A DNA stretch of 64,000 bases from an uncultured Hyphomicrobiales bacterium (lineage in GTDB: Bacteria; Pseudomonadota; Alphaproteobacteria; Rhizobiales; JAJFHR01). How positions within the stretch are numbered: position 1 is the stretch's first letter; the number at the start of each line of letters is the position of its first letter. The position numbers and the translations under genes are program-made. Below the pieces are notes generated by a model that searched no databases, was not told the DNA's origin, and saw only the letters and a list, made by a program, of their open reading frames with translations. This document shows positions 31,591 through 41,625 of this stretch, one piece after another. The stretch covers positions 857-64,856 of the forward strand of contig CAZVAZ010000001.1 of NCBI GenBank assembly GCA_964625235.1, read 5' to 3'.

Positions 31591-33231
31591 ATGAAACGCT
31601 CCAGTACGACTGAAGCCGTTCTCAGCATCGAAGGCCTGTCGATTACCCTGCCAGTCGGGGGCGACCGGCCATTTGCAGTCGAAAACATCGATCTTGAGGT
31701 AAGGTCGGGAGAAATCCTCTGCGTTGTTGGGGAATCGGGTTCGGGTAAATCGGTCACCGCCTTTGCCACCATGGGTCTGTTGCCGAAAACTCTCAATCCG
31801 TCTTCAGGCCGGATTATGTTTGAGGGACAGGATTTACTCACCCTGCCGGAGAAAGACCGCAAGAAGTTGCGTGGCAACCGCATGGCGATGATTTTCCAGG
31901 AACCTATGTCGGCGCTCAATCCCTGTTACACGGTCGGCAACCAGATCGAGGAAGTGTTCAAGAAGCATCGCCGAATGAGTGCATCGCAACGCCGGTCACA
32001 AGTGCTGCGGCTTCTTGATGAGGTTAAACTCCCGGATCCCGAGCACCTTCGTTTCGCCTATCCCCACCAGCTTTCCGGTGGTCAGCGTCAGCGTGTCATG
32101 ATCGCAATGGCGCTGGCGCTGGATCCCAAACTGTTGATCGCCGACGAACCGACGACGGCACTGGATGTGACCACACAGGCGCAGATCCTGAAACTGATCA
32201 AACAACTGAAAACCACTCACAGTGCGGGGATCATGTTCGTTACCCATGATTTCGGCGTTGTGGCCGAGATCGCCGACCGTATTGTTGTTATGCAAAATGG
32301 CCACATTGTCGAGCAGGGCAGCGCCGATGAAGTCCTGAACCGACCCCGGCACCCTTATACAAAACTCCTGATTGCGGCGGTGCCGCGAAAAAGTGAGCGG
32401 CCAGAGCGGCCCATTCAGGACAATCCTGTCGCCCTGAGGGCCGATAAGGTAGTCAAGACGTTTCAATCTCCCGGCCGCCTGTTTGGCAAGGGCCGGACGG
32501 TCCACGCGGTCAAGGCGGCGGATTTCACGGTTCGGCGGGGAGAAACACTTGGCATTGTCGGAGAATCCGGCTCCGGCAAAACCACATTGGTACGCTGCCT
32601 GATCCGTTTGATTGATCCTGATAGCGGAGAAATTGATATCAACGGCGTTGACTTCGCCGGATTGAGCAAGGGCGCATTGCGCCAACATCGAAAAGACATT
32701 CAGATCGTCTTTCAGGATCCTTATGGATCGCTCAATCCACGCCGAACTATCGGTGATCTGATCATCGAGGGACCGATTAATTTCGGTGTGCCTCGTGGAG
32801 AAGCGCTGAAGCGCGCGCGCGAACTGCTTGAAATTGTCCGTCTCGATCCCGACTGCATGAGCCGTTATCCGTCCCAATTTTCCGGTGGCCAGCGGCAGCG
32901 GATCTGCATCGCACGCGCTCTTGCGGTCGAGCCCAAGGTGCTGATCGCGGATGAGGCGGTGTCGGCACTTGATGTATCGGTGCAAAAAGAAGTGCTGGCG
33001 CTGATCAATGATATCCGTGACAGCTTCGGCCTGACTGTCCTTTTTATCACCCATGATCTGCGCGTGGCAGCACAGATTTGCGACAATATTATTGTCATGA
33101 AGGATGGCGAGATTGTCGAGCGCGGTGGTGTCGGCAAGGTGTTTGGCGCACCTGAACACGAATATACAAAAACGCTATTGGCCGCCGAGCCCGGCAAGGA
33201 CTGGATTATTCCGGAGTTTCACAATGCGTGA
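31591..33231 (+). CDS. Fused double ATP-binding protein of the peptide-type ABC importer (DppD/DppF fusion)
   Basis: Two Walker A motifs (GESGSGKSV, GESGSGKTT) and two LSGGQRQR signatures. ATG 31591 follows GGAGG. Confidence 0.9.
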   Translation: MKRSSTTEAVLSIEGLSITLPVGGDRPFAVENIDLEVRSGEILCVVGESGSGKSVTAFATMGLLPKTLNPSSGRIMFEGQDLLTLPEKDRKKLRGNRMAMIFQEPMSALNPCYTVGNQIEEVFKKHRRMSASQRRSQVLRLLDEVKLPDPEHLRFAYPHQLSGGQRQRVMIAMALALDPKLLIADEPTTALDVTTQAQILKLIKQLKTTHSAGIMFVTHDFGVVAEIADRIVVMQNGHIVEQGSADEVLNRPRHPYTKLLIAAVPRKSERPERPIQDNPVALRADKVVKTFQSPGRLFGKGRTVHAVKAADFTVRRGETLGIVGESGSGKTTLVRCLIRLIDPDSGEIDINGVDFAGLSKGALRQHRKDIQIVFQDPYGSLNPRRTIGDLIIEGPINFGVPRGEALKRARELLEIVRLDPDCMSRYPSQFSGGQRQRICIARALAVEPKVLIADEAVSALDVSVQKEVLALINDIRDSFGLTVLFITHDLRVAAQICDNIIVMKDGEIVERGGVGKVFGAPEHEYTKTLLAAEPGKDWIIPEFHNA

Positions 33232-33266
33232 GCCGGTCAAAAAATGCTGAATTCGTTCATGACATC

Positions 33267-34694
33267 ATGAGTACAAAAATGAACAACATTATCGAAACAA
33301 GGGCTGTGGATATTGTCTCAGCACTTCGCCGCGAAGAAATCTCCCCGCACGACCTTCTTGATGCGCTTGAAACACGCATTGGCGAGGTTGATGGCGATGT
33401 TAATGCACTGCCGATACTGTGCTTTGATCGCGCAAGAGTTCACGCCGATCAATTGCTGCGCCTGCCAGTGGAAAATCGGGGAACCCTGTGTGGCCTGCCG
33501 ATACCAATCAAGGATTTGACACATGTCAAGGGTATGCGGACGACATTCGGTTCTCCTGTTTATGCCGATCATATCTCGGATCACAGCGATGTAATGGTTG
33601 AGCGGCTGGAAACCGAAGGCGCCATTGTCTTTGCCAAATCCAACACACCGGAATTCGGTGCCGGTGCCAATACATTCAACAAAGTCCTTGGCACCACCCG
33701 CAATCCATATGATCTGTCCCGGTCCGTTGCGGGGTCATCCGGTGGTGCTGCCGCATCATTGTCAACGGGTACGGCCTGGTTGGCGCAAGGCTCTGACAAT
33801 GCCGGCTCTCTTCGTAATCCGGCAAGTTTCTGCGGTGTTGTTGGACTGCGGCCATCACTGGGCCGAGTGGCACAGGGGCCGACCCCCAATCCTTATCAAA
33901 CACTTGCGGTGAGCGGTCCAATGGCCCGTAATGTTGAGGATACCGCGTTGTTTCTGGATGCTATGTCAGGCGAAAACCCACAAGATCCCATGTCCCTGCC
34001 AAAGCCGAAATCGTCGTTTCTGCGCCAAGCGCGCCAGCGTCGCAAACCGGTCAAAATCGCTTTCAGTGTCGATCTTGGCATTACACCAGTCGACCCGGAG
34101 ATCGCTGAAATCTGCAGAAGTGCTGCTCTTCGATTCCAGGGCATTGGCGTGATTGTTGAAGAAGCTGCACCAGATTTTACCGGTGTTCATGAAACCTACC
34201 AGACATTGCGTGCCTACGATTTTGCATCAGCCCGCGGTGAACTCCTGAGTTTTCACCGGGAAAGTTTGAATCCTGATTTGATCGATAATATTGAAAAAGG
34301 CATTAACCTGACAATGGATGATCTTTTGAGGGCAAAACGGGCTCGGGTTGTTCTTCGTCAAAACGCCATGAGCTTTTTCGAAGATTTCGACCTCTTGCTG
34401 ACACCCGCCACAATCGTTCCTCCTTACCCGGTTGAACAACGCTACGTGGAGAACTGCAATGGCGTTGCCTTCACCAGCTATATCGATTGGCTGGCCATCG
34501 CTTACGCAATAACACTTGTTTCCCTGCCCGCATTGTCACTGCCGTGCGGCTTCACCAAAACCGGCCTGCCTGTCGGCTTGCAGATAGTTGGCCGTGCTCG
34601 CGGTGAGGCTGACCTGCTTGCAGGTGCTTTGTTGCTGGAAGAAGCTCTCGACCTTGACCTTCGACCCGTCAAGCCAGCCAAACAACTACATTGA
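33267..34694 (+). CDS. Amidase-signature (AS) family amidase
   Basis: GGSSGGAAA signature (VAGSSGGAAASLSTG) and the GLPIPIKD motif. The start among 33228, 33267 and 33279 is uncertain. Confidence 0.85.
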   Translation: MSTKMNNIIETRAVDIVSALRREEISPHDLLDALETRIGEVDGDVNALPILCFDRARVHADQLLRLPVENRGTLCGLPIPIKDLTHVKGMRTTFGSPVYADHISDHSDVMVERLETEGAIVFAKSNTPEFGAGANTFNKVLGTTRNPYDLSRSVAGSSGGAAASLSTGTAWLAQGSDNAGSLRNPASFCGVVGLRPSLGRVAQGPTPNPYQTLAVSGPMARNVEDTALFLDAMSGENPQDPMSLPKPKSSFLRQARQRRKPVKIAFSVDLGITPVDPEIAEICRSAALRFQGIGVIVEEAAPDFTGVHETYQTLRAYDFASARGELLSFHRESLNPDLIDNIEKGINLTMDDLLRAKRARVVLRQNAMSFFEDFDLLLTPATIVPPYPVEQRYVENCNGVAFTSYIDWLAIAYAITLVSLPALSLPCGFTKTGLPVGLQIVGRARGEADLLAGALLLEEALDLDLRPVKPAKQLH

Positions 34695-35109
34695 GAAGTC
34701 AGTAGCCAAGCATGAAATGGAAATACAGCCAGACCGCATGCTGGATGTTTAGTCCCGGAGCGGTTCAGCTTGGCACGGACGGTAAATACCTGCTGTTGTC
34801 CTATGACCAACTCAAGATAGCTCCCCTCACGGTTGAACGCACACAAGATCAGCCGACAATGAAATCAGGAAGGAAAAGTTCATAAACGGAACAGGACCTG
34901 ACAGACACAACCGCAAAAACCGGTAACCGTCAGATCAGGTCCGCACCACTACATTTTAATGGGTCAATTCCACCGTGCCTTGCTTTGAATGACTGCCGGG
35001 GAAAACTGATAGCGTATTTAAAAATTTTGTTCATTTTCTAAACGTAAAATGTATTGATAAATCTGACCAGCAAGTTAACCTGACGATAGCGAAGGATGCC
35101 CGGTTGACC

Positions 35110-36915
35110 ATGTCTGAAACATTGAAAATCATCACTGAACACAACACCCCTGGGTCCCTCCTGTTCACTTTTGCAATTATTACTGATACGCATATTCGCC
35201 CGGCGCAAGGCGATCAGTCATCGCCTTTTGCGGTCAATGAGCTTGCCAATGGGCGGGCGCGTTTTGCTGTTGCGGCAATCGCCCGCCATGCACCGGATTT
35301 TACCATTCATCTGGGCGACATGGTGCATCCGCTGCCAAATTTGCCGAGCTATGGATCGGCTGCGGATGAAGCTCTGTCGATCCTGGAGCCGATCGCCAAA
35401 GGTCTGCGTTTCGTTGCGGGCAATCATGACGTTGGCGACAAACCCATGCCGGCCACGCCGGCGGCCCCGGTCGATCAACACAGTATCAAAATTTACCAGA
35501 AATATTTCGGTCCCGGCCACTACAGTTTTGACCATGGCGGTGTGCATTTTGTTGTCGTAAATTCGTCCCTCGTCAATGCCGCCAACAGCTTTGAGGAAAG
35601 CCAGCGACAGTGGCTTGAAAACGATCTGGCCCAGAACACAGCTGAGCGGACAATCCTGTTTTCCCATTACCCGCCGTTCATCGATGATGCATCAGAACCG
35701 TCGCATTATGACAATTACGGCGAGCCGGGCCGCTCGTGGCTGCTTGGTCTGCTTGAGCGCTACAATGTGGAGGCGGTTTTTTCCGGTCATGTGCACCAGT
35801 TTTTCTATAACCGCATTGCGGACATGAAACTTTACTGTCTGCCGCCGACGAGTTTTACCCGGCAGGATTACAGTGAGCTTTATGGTATTGGTCCGGCCGA
35901 CCAGTATGGCCGCAATGATACCGGCAAATTCAGCTATGCGATGATAGATGTCTTTGAGCGCGGACACCGGCTCAGGGTCTATCCTACCGAAGGTCAGGGC
36001 CTCGATGAAGGTGTGGCTATTGAGCCGGATACCGTTCCGGGCGGTGGAACAATGAACCCCGTCACCGTGCATTTGCGTCACGGCTGGGCGAGGTCGATGG
36101 ACATGCCTTACAACGGCCCGATGGAGGAGTTTTCGCGCAAGCGCGCCCGCAACGACTATCCCTTGTTGCGCCTGTGGCAGATGGGCATCAGCCGCATCAG
36201 AACACCGCTGTCCGATTTGCTTGACGAGGAGTATGGTGCCCGGGTTCAGGATTATCACGCCGCTGGATGCAGCTTTACTTTTTTCTGCGCCGGGGTGCCG
36301 GAGAAAACCGTATGGGAGCAGTGCTGCCAAAACGCTGAATTGATTGATGCGGTGGAGTTTGTTTCCTGCGCTGCTGACCTTTCGGACATAGGCGATGCTG
36401 TGAAAGCTTTTGAGCCTGGAACAGGGCCAGAGATTCACCTTGGAAAATTTCATTCCTCTGCCGATGAACCCAAACACGGCTCAACATTCGCCCATTCGGT
36501 GAGCTTTGGATTCAAATGGGACGACCGCCACGTGCTGCTTGCGGCACTGCGAGGAATTGACCCTACCGGCCTCATCAAGGCGCTGGTCTTTCAGGTTAAT
36601 CTCGAGGATGATCTTGCCACGCGGCTGGGTGAGCTGGATCAATTGGCAAACGACAATGGGGTGAAGGTGGTCGCCAATATCCGCTTCGCCAATGTCAACC
36701 CGGCAATTGCCAGCTTTGACGATGAGATAATTTCAATGCGCGTCGAAGAAGCCGTAAACCTTGCGTCCGGCTTAAAATACACCACCCTGCAATTCGATAC
36801 GTTTGCTGATATTGACCGTGGTTACCATCCCCGCCACGGGTTACTTGATGGGCGTTATAATTTTCGCCGTGCCGGTCGCGTGTTGATGGAGCGCTTTAAT
36901 CGAACTCCGGCTTAA
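35110..36915 (+). CDS. Calcineurin-like metallophosphoesterase fused to a ~300-aa C-terminal domain of unknown function
   Basis: MPE motifs ITDTH, HLGDMVH, GNHD, FSHYPP and GHVH lie in the first ~250 aa. I do not recognise the remainder. Confidence 0.7.
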   Translation: MSETLKIITEHNTPGSLLFTFAIITDTHIRPAQGDQSSPFAVNELANGRARFAVAAIARHAPDFTIHLGDMVHPLPNLPSYGSAADEALSILEPIAKGLRFVAGNHDVGDKPMPATPAAPVDQHSIKIYQKYFGPGHYSFDHGGVHFVVVNSSLVNAANSFEESQRQWLENDLAQNTAERTILFSHYPPFIDDASEPSHYDNYGEPGRSWLLGLLERYNVEAVFSGHVHQFFYNRIADMKLYCLPPTSFTRQDYSELYGIGPADQYGRNDTGKFSYAMIDVFERGHRLRVYPTEGQGLDEGVAIEPDTVPGGGTMNPVTVHLRHGWARSMDMPYNGPMEEFSRKRARNDYPLLRLWQMGISRIRTPLSDLLDEEYGARVQDYHAAGCSFTFFCAGVPEKTVWEQCCQNAELIDAVEFVSCAADLSDIGDAVKAFEPGTGPEIHLGKFHSSADEPKHGSTFAHSVSFGFKWDDRHVLLAALRGIDPTGLIKALVFQVNLEDDLATRLGELDQLANDNGVKVVANIRFANVNPAIASFDDEIISMRVEEAVNLASGLKYTTLQFDTFADIDRGYHPRHGLLDGRYNFRRAGRVLMERFNRTPA

Positions 36916-38356
36916 CCCCGGGTGGCATGGAAAATCCCAGATCGCCGCGCTCAATAACAGCTGCGCGCCCGCCTTTTTCCTGCAGCAGTTTTTTCTGCGC
37001 CTCTTTGGCTTCGGTGTCGATGGCATGAGGGTCGCAAACCTTAAACAACTCAGCCGTCAACTCGTCCAGAACAGGCTTGGCGTTGGCATCTTCTGCAATA
37101 TCATTGAGTTCTTCCGGGTCGCTTTCAAGGTCAAACAGTTGCGGCGGGTAATGGGCGTAATAGATAAGTTTGTATGCGCCTTTGCGGATCATGTAGGCGG
37201 CGGTTTTCGAGCCCATGGCGTGGTATTCGGAAAATACCGCGCGGCTCTTTTCCTCCCCGGCAATCAGCCGCATCACATCGATGCCCGGGTGGTCATCACT
37301 GATGGTATCGGGTGAAGCTTCGCCTGCGCATTGCATGAAGAAGGGATAAAGATCGAGTAGATTGGTCGGCGTATCCACTGACATGCCAGCGGGAATATCG
37401 GGACCGCTCATGATTAGCGGCACGCCTACTGATTCCTCCAGCATGGTCGATTTGCCCCATAGCCCGCGTGCTCCCAGATTGTCACCATGATCAGAAGTGT
37501 AAACAACGCGCGTAGTGCCGTTCAACCCGGCATCCTCCATCGCCTGAAGAACGTTGCCGATATTGTTGTCGAGAAAACTGCACAGGCCGAGGTATCCCGC
37601 CTGGGCGCGCTTGACCATATCCGCAGTTTCAAAAAAATCATCATAGGCGAAGGATTTACGGTAGTCCTCCAGGAACGGATGCAGCGGCTCATTACGCGAA
37701 GCGTAAAGTTTTGGCTCCGGTAAATCCTGATCATAATAAGGGTAAAAGTATTCCGGTGGTGCCGTTAGTGGAAAATGCGGGCAGACGAAGGAAACAAACA
37801 GCACCCAGGGCTTGTCGGTATATTTTCCGGCCTCCTCACGCAGCCACACCTGCGCGCGCGCCGCAATCTCGCGATCATAGGTGGTGTAAACAGATTCGCC
37901 CGGCCCCGCCATGCGGGCCATCTTGTAGGCCCCGGCACGTTTGGGCATATCCTCATCACGCACAAGGCCGAGTAAATCGCCGTCGCCATCAATAATGTGC
38001 ATACCGATCTGCTCGTCGGAAAATCCGTTGTCATCGTCACTGGAATGAAAATGAAGCTTTCCGATTGAAACCACCTGATGTCCGCGATCGCGCAACAGCG
38101 CATGCCAGTTGGGCAATGAGCCGTCAAACGGCATGGCATTATCCCACAGTCCGATCTGATGGACATATTTACCGGTTGCAAAAGCGCCCCGTGCCGGGAC
38201 ACAGACCGGACACGGCGTGTAAGCTGCCTCAAACCGCGTACCTTCTTGCGCCACCCGGTCAAGGTTAGGAGTTTTGACAATGTCATGACCATAGCACCCC
38301 GCCAGCCTGCGGTTGTGCTGGTCAGACATGATGATGATAAGATTGCTCGGTTTCAT
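36896..38356 (-). CDS. Cys-type (formylglycine) sulfatase
   Basis: NLIIIMSDQHN and the active-site signature CPVCVPARGAFATGK (C-x-P-x-R). The 3' end overlaps the convergent gene by 20 nt. Confidence 0.85.
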   Translation of the reverse strand: MKPSNLIIIMSDQHNRRLAGCYGHDIVKTPNLDRVAQEGTRFEAAYTPCPVCVPARGAFATGKYVHQIGLWDNAMPFDGSLPNWHALLRDRGHQVVSIGKLHFHSSDDDNGFSDEQIGMHIIDGDGDLLGLVRDEDMPKRAGAYKMARMAGPGESVYTTYDREIAARAQVWLREEAGKYTDKPWVLFVSFVCPHFPLTAPPEYFYPYYDQDLPEPKLYASRNEPLHPFLEDYRKSFAYDDFFETADMVKRAQAGYLGLCSFLDNNIGNVLQAMEDAGLNGTTRVVYTSDHGDNLGARGLWGKSTMLEESVGVPLIMSGPDIPAGMSVDTPTNLLDLYPFFMQCAGEASPDTISDDHPGIDVMRLIAGEEKSRAVFSEYHAMGSKTAAYMIRKGAYKLIYYAHYPPQLFDLESDPEELNDIAEDANAKPVLDELTAELFKVCDPHAIDTEAKEAQKKLLQEKGGRAAVIERGDLGFSMPPGVKPEFD

Positions 38357-38358
38357 AT

Positions 38359-40644
38359 CTACCTGAAAATATAAATCGGGCTCGACCAGGCCTGGTGGCC
38401 ATCCTCCTGGGTAACTCTGACATAGAGGGCATTGTCGCCCGTATCAGTTAGTTCTATGTCCTGCTCAATTGTCATGGCGAGGTGAGAATTTTCGTTTGGC
38501 AAACGGAACAGCCGCAGCTTGCGGCCAAGCTTGCCTGCATCGAACACGATATCATCAAAGCCAATATCAGCAATATCAACGCTCTGCGTCATCACCGGTG
38601 TCTGAATATTGATGCTTCCGTTTTTTGCGTCTTCAAGCCAGGCATCAAAACCGCCATAATTCCCGGTGGTAAGCGCCTTCCATTGCAGCAAGTTGCCGCT
38701 GGTCATATCGAGTTTTTTGTCTTTGTTGAGAAAGTTGATGCCGCTTGCCCGGGTCATGTTATTGCCCTTGATTTCGGCCTGACCATCCCAGATAACCTGG
38801 CGGAAACGGCCACGATATTCAGCACCCTCCCAGATCACCCGGATGCGATTACCCAACTCGTCTTCGGTGTAGGGGCGATGTGTCGATACATGCTCAAGAC
38901 CGTTGAAAATATCAACCCGTTCGATTGGTGCCGAGCCGACCACATCAATTTCGAGCACCGTACCACCTGAGTGCAGTTGCACGATATCGCCCATTATGGC
39001 GACGCGTGACGGTCTGCCTTGCGCGTCTCCAAGTGCGGGATCATCATGGTAGAGTTGTCCCTCTGCTTCGAAGCGCGCTTTAACATCAAGGATCATGCGG
39101 TTGCCGGTGGTGCCATAGTGGTGCCGCTTGCGGTAACAGTCAAAAATTGCTGCCCGCGTCAATTCTGATGTGAGGAAGCAGGTAAGCCCGCCAATGGCGC
39201 CGAATTTGGCTGAGCCGGGGTAGCTTGCACCGGGCCTGCCCTTGTGGCCATCGGAGTTGCAGACAACGCCCATGCGATAGCCCATCTCAAGGGCATCGTG
39301 CAAAATCCACTCAAAAGTTCCCCATGAGGAATGGACTTCAACAGCTGTTTCCACCCGGCCATCATGAGCCACTTTTACGTCAGCATAGCGGCCACCGCAG
39401 TGCGCCAGACAGACGGCATCTTCGCCATTTTCGATGAGCTTTTCAAACAACTCGGCAGCGGTGCCGCAATCGGTTTCAGCATCGCTAAGATCGTTTATGA
39501 GGGCGTGCGAGGAGCGGTAAATTGGCCTGTCTTCTGTCATGTAGAACACGTTGCGGTCGCCACCGAGAAATGTGTTTCCCGACCATTCATAGCCGGGCAG
39601 GGTGACGAATTCTCCCGGCGCGTTAAACTCACCAATCAAGTTGTTGAGTTCGGCCCAGAATTCTTTGGTGATCTGAAAGTCGTTGCCCTGATGGCCGGTG
39701 ACATCGACAAACGCCTTGTCGCGCGCGAATTCGAGGTACTCACGTGCACTGCCGGTGCCGATAGTTTCCTCGCTCTGGCCATGCACATCGCCCCAGAAAT
39801 GCAGCAACTGGTCCGGAGTTTGCTCAACGATGCGGATGGGATTGCTCACCGCCAGTATGTCACCGGCGTCATCCAGAACTTCAATAGTGTAGACCCCTGG
39901 CACATCCGCCTTGAGCCCCTCCACTACATGCGAGAATTCACCGGGAACAAACGACACGCTTTCGGGCAGACCCGGCAGGGGCGGGGTGCAGCGTAACTTG
40001 ACGCTTGCGCTGATTTGGTTGCTCGGATTATCCCATTTATCCTCAGCCTTCAAACAAAGCCGGAACGGCTGCCCCACCGGATGCATTGTCGGTGCAATGG
40101 CGCGCCAGGTCTCGGGCGGACCCGGTACAATGGAGATTACCGGCTGGTCAGGTAAGGAGGCATAGGTGTAGGTGGCGATGGCATCGACGAGGACGCGGAA
40201 TTCGAATGTGTCTTCGCAAAATGTCTGCAGCCGCATGCCGGGTGAGCCGCCGCTCTGGTCGCCAAAGACGATGGTGATTGTATCACCTTCCTTCATGAAG
40301 CCGTTGACGATTTTGATATAGAGCGTTCTGTCCCAGGGTCTGACATTGCCCTTGGGGTCGTAGCGGACCTCCAGTTTGGCATTGTTGCTGGCGGTGACAG
40401 TGGTGTAACCCGGTGCGGTGGGATCATCGAACTGGGGATTGGTCTGGTCAGAGGCGAAGCGCGACACAATTTTGAGGCTGCCACTGTCATCGATGCCGTA
40501 AAAGCCCGCTGTATAGGTAAGTGTAAAGGTAGCCCAGGAGCCAGCCTCAATTGCACCCGATGGCTCTATGGTTGCGGTCCCTGAAAGTTCCAGCGGGATA
40601 TTCCCTGAAAGATTGCCCAGAAACTGGTTATGGCTTGCCTCCAC
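38359..40644 (-). CDS. Large DUF3604/PHP-like putative metal-dependent hydrolase with an N-terminal beta-rich region
   Basis: Ordered motifs resemble DUF3604: FWGDVHGQSEET, GYEWSGNTFLGGDRNVFY, LAHCGG, EVHSSWGTFEW, CNSDGHKGRPG, HYGTTGNRM. In-frame GTG 40644 lies 7 nt after AAGGAG; the track start is 40713. Confidence 0.55.
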   Translation of the reverse strand: MEASHNQFLGNLSGNIPLELSGTATIEPSGAIEAGSWATFTLTYTAGFYGIDDSGSLKIVSRFASDQTNPQFDDPTAPGYTTVTASNNAKLEVRYDPKGNVRPWDRTLYIKIVNGFMKEGDTITIVFGDQSGGSPGMRLQTFCEDTFEFRVLVDAIATYTYASLPDQPVISIVPGPPETWRAIAPTMHPVGQPFRLCLKAEDKWDNPSNQISASVKLRCTPPLPGLPESVSFVPGEFSHVVEGLKADVPGVYTIEVLDDAGDILAVSNPIRIVEQTPDQLLHFWGDVHGQSEETIGTGSAREYLEFARDKAFVDVTGHQGNDFQITKEFWAELNNLIGEFNAPGEFVTLPGYEWSGNTFLGGDRNVFYMTEDRPIYRSSHALINDLSDAETDCGTAAELFEKLIENGEDAVCLAHCGGRYADVKVAHDGRVETAVEVHSSWGTFEWILHDALEMGYRMGVVCNSDGHKGRPGASYPGSAKFGAIGGLTCFLTSELTRAAIFDCYRKRHHYGTTGNRMILDVKARFEAEGQLYHDDPALGDAQGRPSRVAIMGDIVQLHSGGTVLEIDVVGSAPIERVDIFNGLEHVSTHRPYTEDELGNRIRVIWEGAEYRGRFRQVIWDGQAEIKGNNMTRASGINFLNKDKKLDMTSGNLLQWKALTTGNYGGFDAWLEDAKNGSINIQTPVMTQSVDIADIGFDDIVFDAGKLGRKLRLFRLPNENSHLAMTIEQDIELTDTGDNALYVRVTQEDGHQAWSSPIYIFR

Positions 40645-40752
40645 CTCATTCTCCTTTAATTTTCCGGCCCGGTTCAGGCACACAGATGGCCACCGGGCGA
40701 AATGCAACAACATTACACCGTAAATACGGAATTCTTATCAGTTATGCCCCTC

Positions 40753-41616
40753 TCAGGCCGCAGCAGCCTGGCGCAATGCTGCACCTTTGATCGTCGTTCG
40801 ATGCATGGTTCGTTCATGTGCAGAAAAATCGTAAGGCGTGGCACAGTGCATCGTACAGCGGTTATCCCACATCACAATGTCACCGGCTTGCCATTTGTGG
40901 GCATAGATAAATTCAGGCTGAACGGCGTGAGCGTAGAGCCGTGCCAGCAGAGCCTCGCTTTCGGCAGGTTCCATCCCCTTGATTGAAACCGTGAACCCCT
41001 CATTGACGAACAACGCCTTGCGTCCGCTTTCAGGATGCGTGAGCACAATTCCATGCTCAGTGTCGCGCCACTGGGCCAGTTGCTCCGCCGTTGGTGCGGC
41101 ACGTTTTCCACCTTCGGCCATTTTCATATAGCGGTGGCGGTAGGAATGAATGGCAGTTCGCCCTTCGATCAACGCCTTGGTTTCATCATCCAGCGCCGCA
41201 TATGCTGCGTACATGTCGGTATAGAGCGTATCGCCACCTTCGGGTGGCACGATAAGGCCGTGCAGTATCGACCCCATCGGCGGAACAAGCTCATATGTCA
41301 TGTCGGAATGCCAATAGGCACCGCCGTTATCCAGCGGCTTGACACCGCCGCGCCCGCGGTTGGACAGCACGAGTATTTCGGGATGGGCAGGTAAAAGCCA
41401 ATCCTTTACGGTGTGATCCTGCAGGTCGCCTAAATGGCGGGAAAAGGCAATATGTTGTTCTTCGGTAATTTTTTGACCGCGCAGCACCAGAATTGAATGG
41501 TCCCACCACGCCTGACGGATTGCTGCAATTGTTTTGGCATCCACAGGCTTTGACAGGTCAATGCCCTCGACTTCAGCAACAAAAGCATTACCTGTCTTTT
41601 TCAACGACATTGTCAT
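40753..41616 (-). CDS. TauD/TfdA-family Fe(II)/2-oxoglutarate dioxygenase (taurine dioxygenase or AtsK-like)
   Basis: WHSDMTYELVPPMGSILHGLIVPPEGGDTLYTDM (H-x-D facial-triad region) and a C-terminal CTMHCATPYD region. Confidence 0.85.
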   Translation of the reverse strand: MTMSLKKTGNAFVAEVEGIDLSKPVDAKTIAAIRQAWWDHSILVLRGQKITEEQHIAFSRHLGDLQDHTVKDWLLPAHPEILVLSNRGRGGVKPLDNGGAYWHSDMTYELVPPMGSILHGLIVPPEGGDTLYTDMYAAYAALDDETKALIEGRTAIHSYRHRYMKMAEGGKRAAPTAEQLAQWRDTEHGIVLTHPESGRKALFVNEGFTVSIKGMEPAESEALLARLYAHAVQPEFIYAHKWQAGDIVMWDNRCTMHCATPYDFSAHERTMHRTTIKGAALRQAAAA

Positions 41617-41625
41617 GATGTTCTC

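Noticed and set aside
31996-33159. 387-aa minus-strand ORF in the track
   Set aside because: It lies entirely antisense to the double ABC ATPase, whose Walker and signature motifs are unambiguous, and its translation has no recognisable family features. I rejected the other long antisense ORFs on the same logic, e.g. 8972..9799, 28177..28788, 31167..31919, 35692..36477, 39331..39996, 48165..48701, 50873..51502 and 54722..55462.
34712-34885. 57-codon plus-strand ORF (MKWKYSQTACWMFSPGAVQLGTDGKYLLLSYDQL...) in the 0.4 kb gap after the amidase gene
   Set aside because: There is no convincing SD and no recognisable family. It is too short to support without conservation data.
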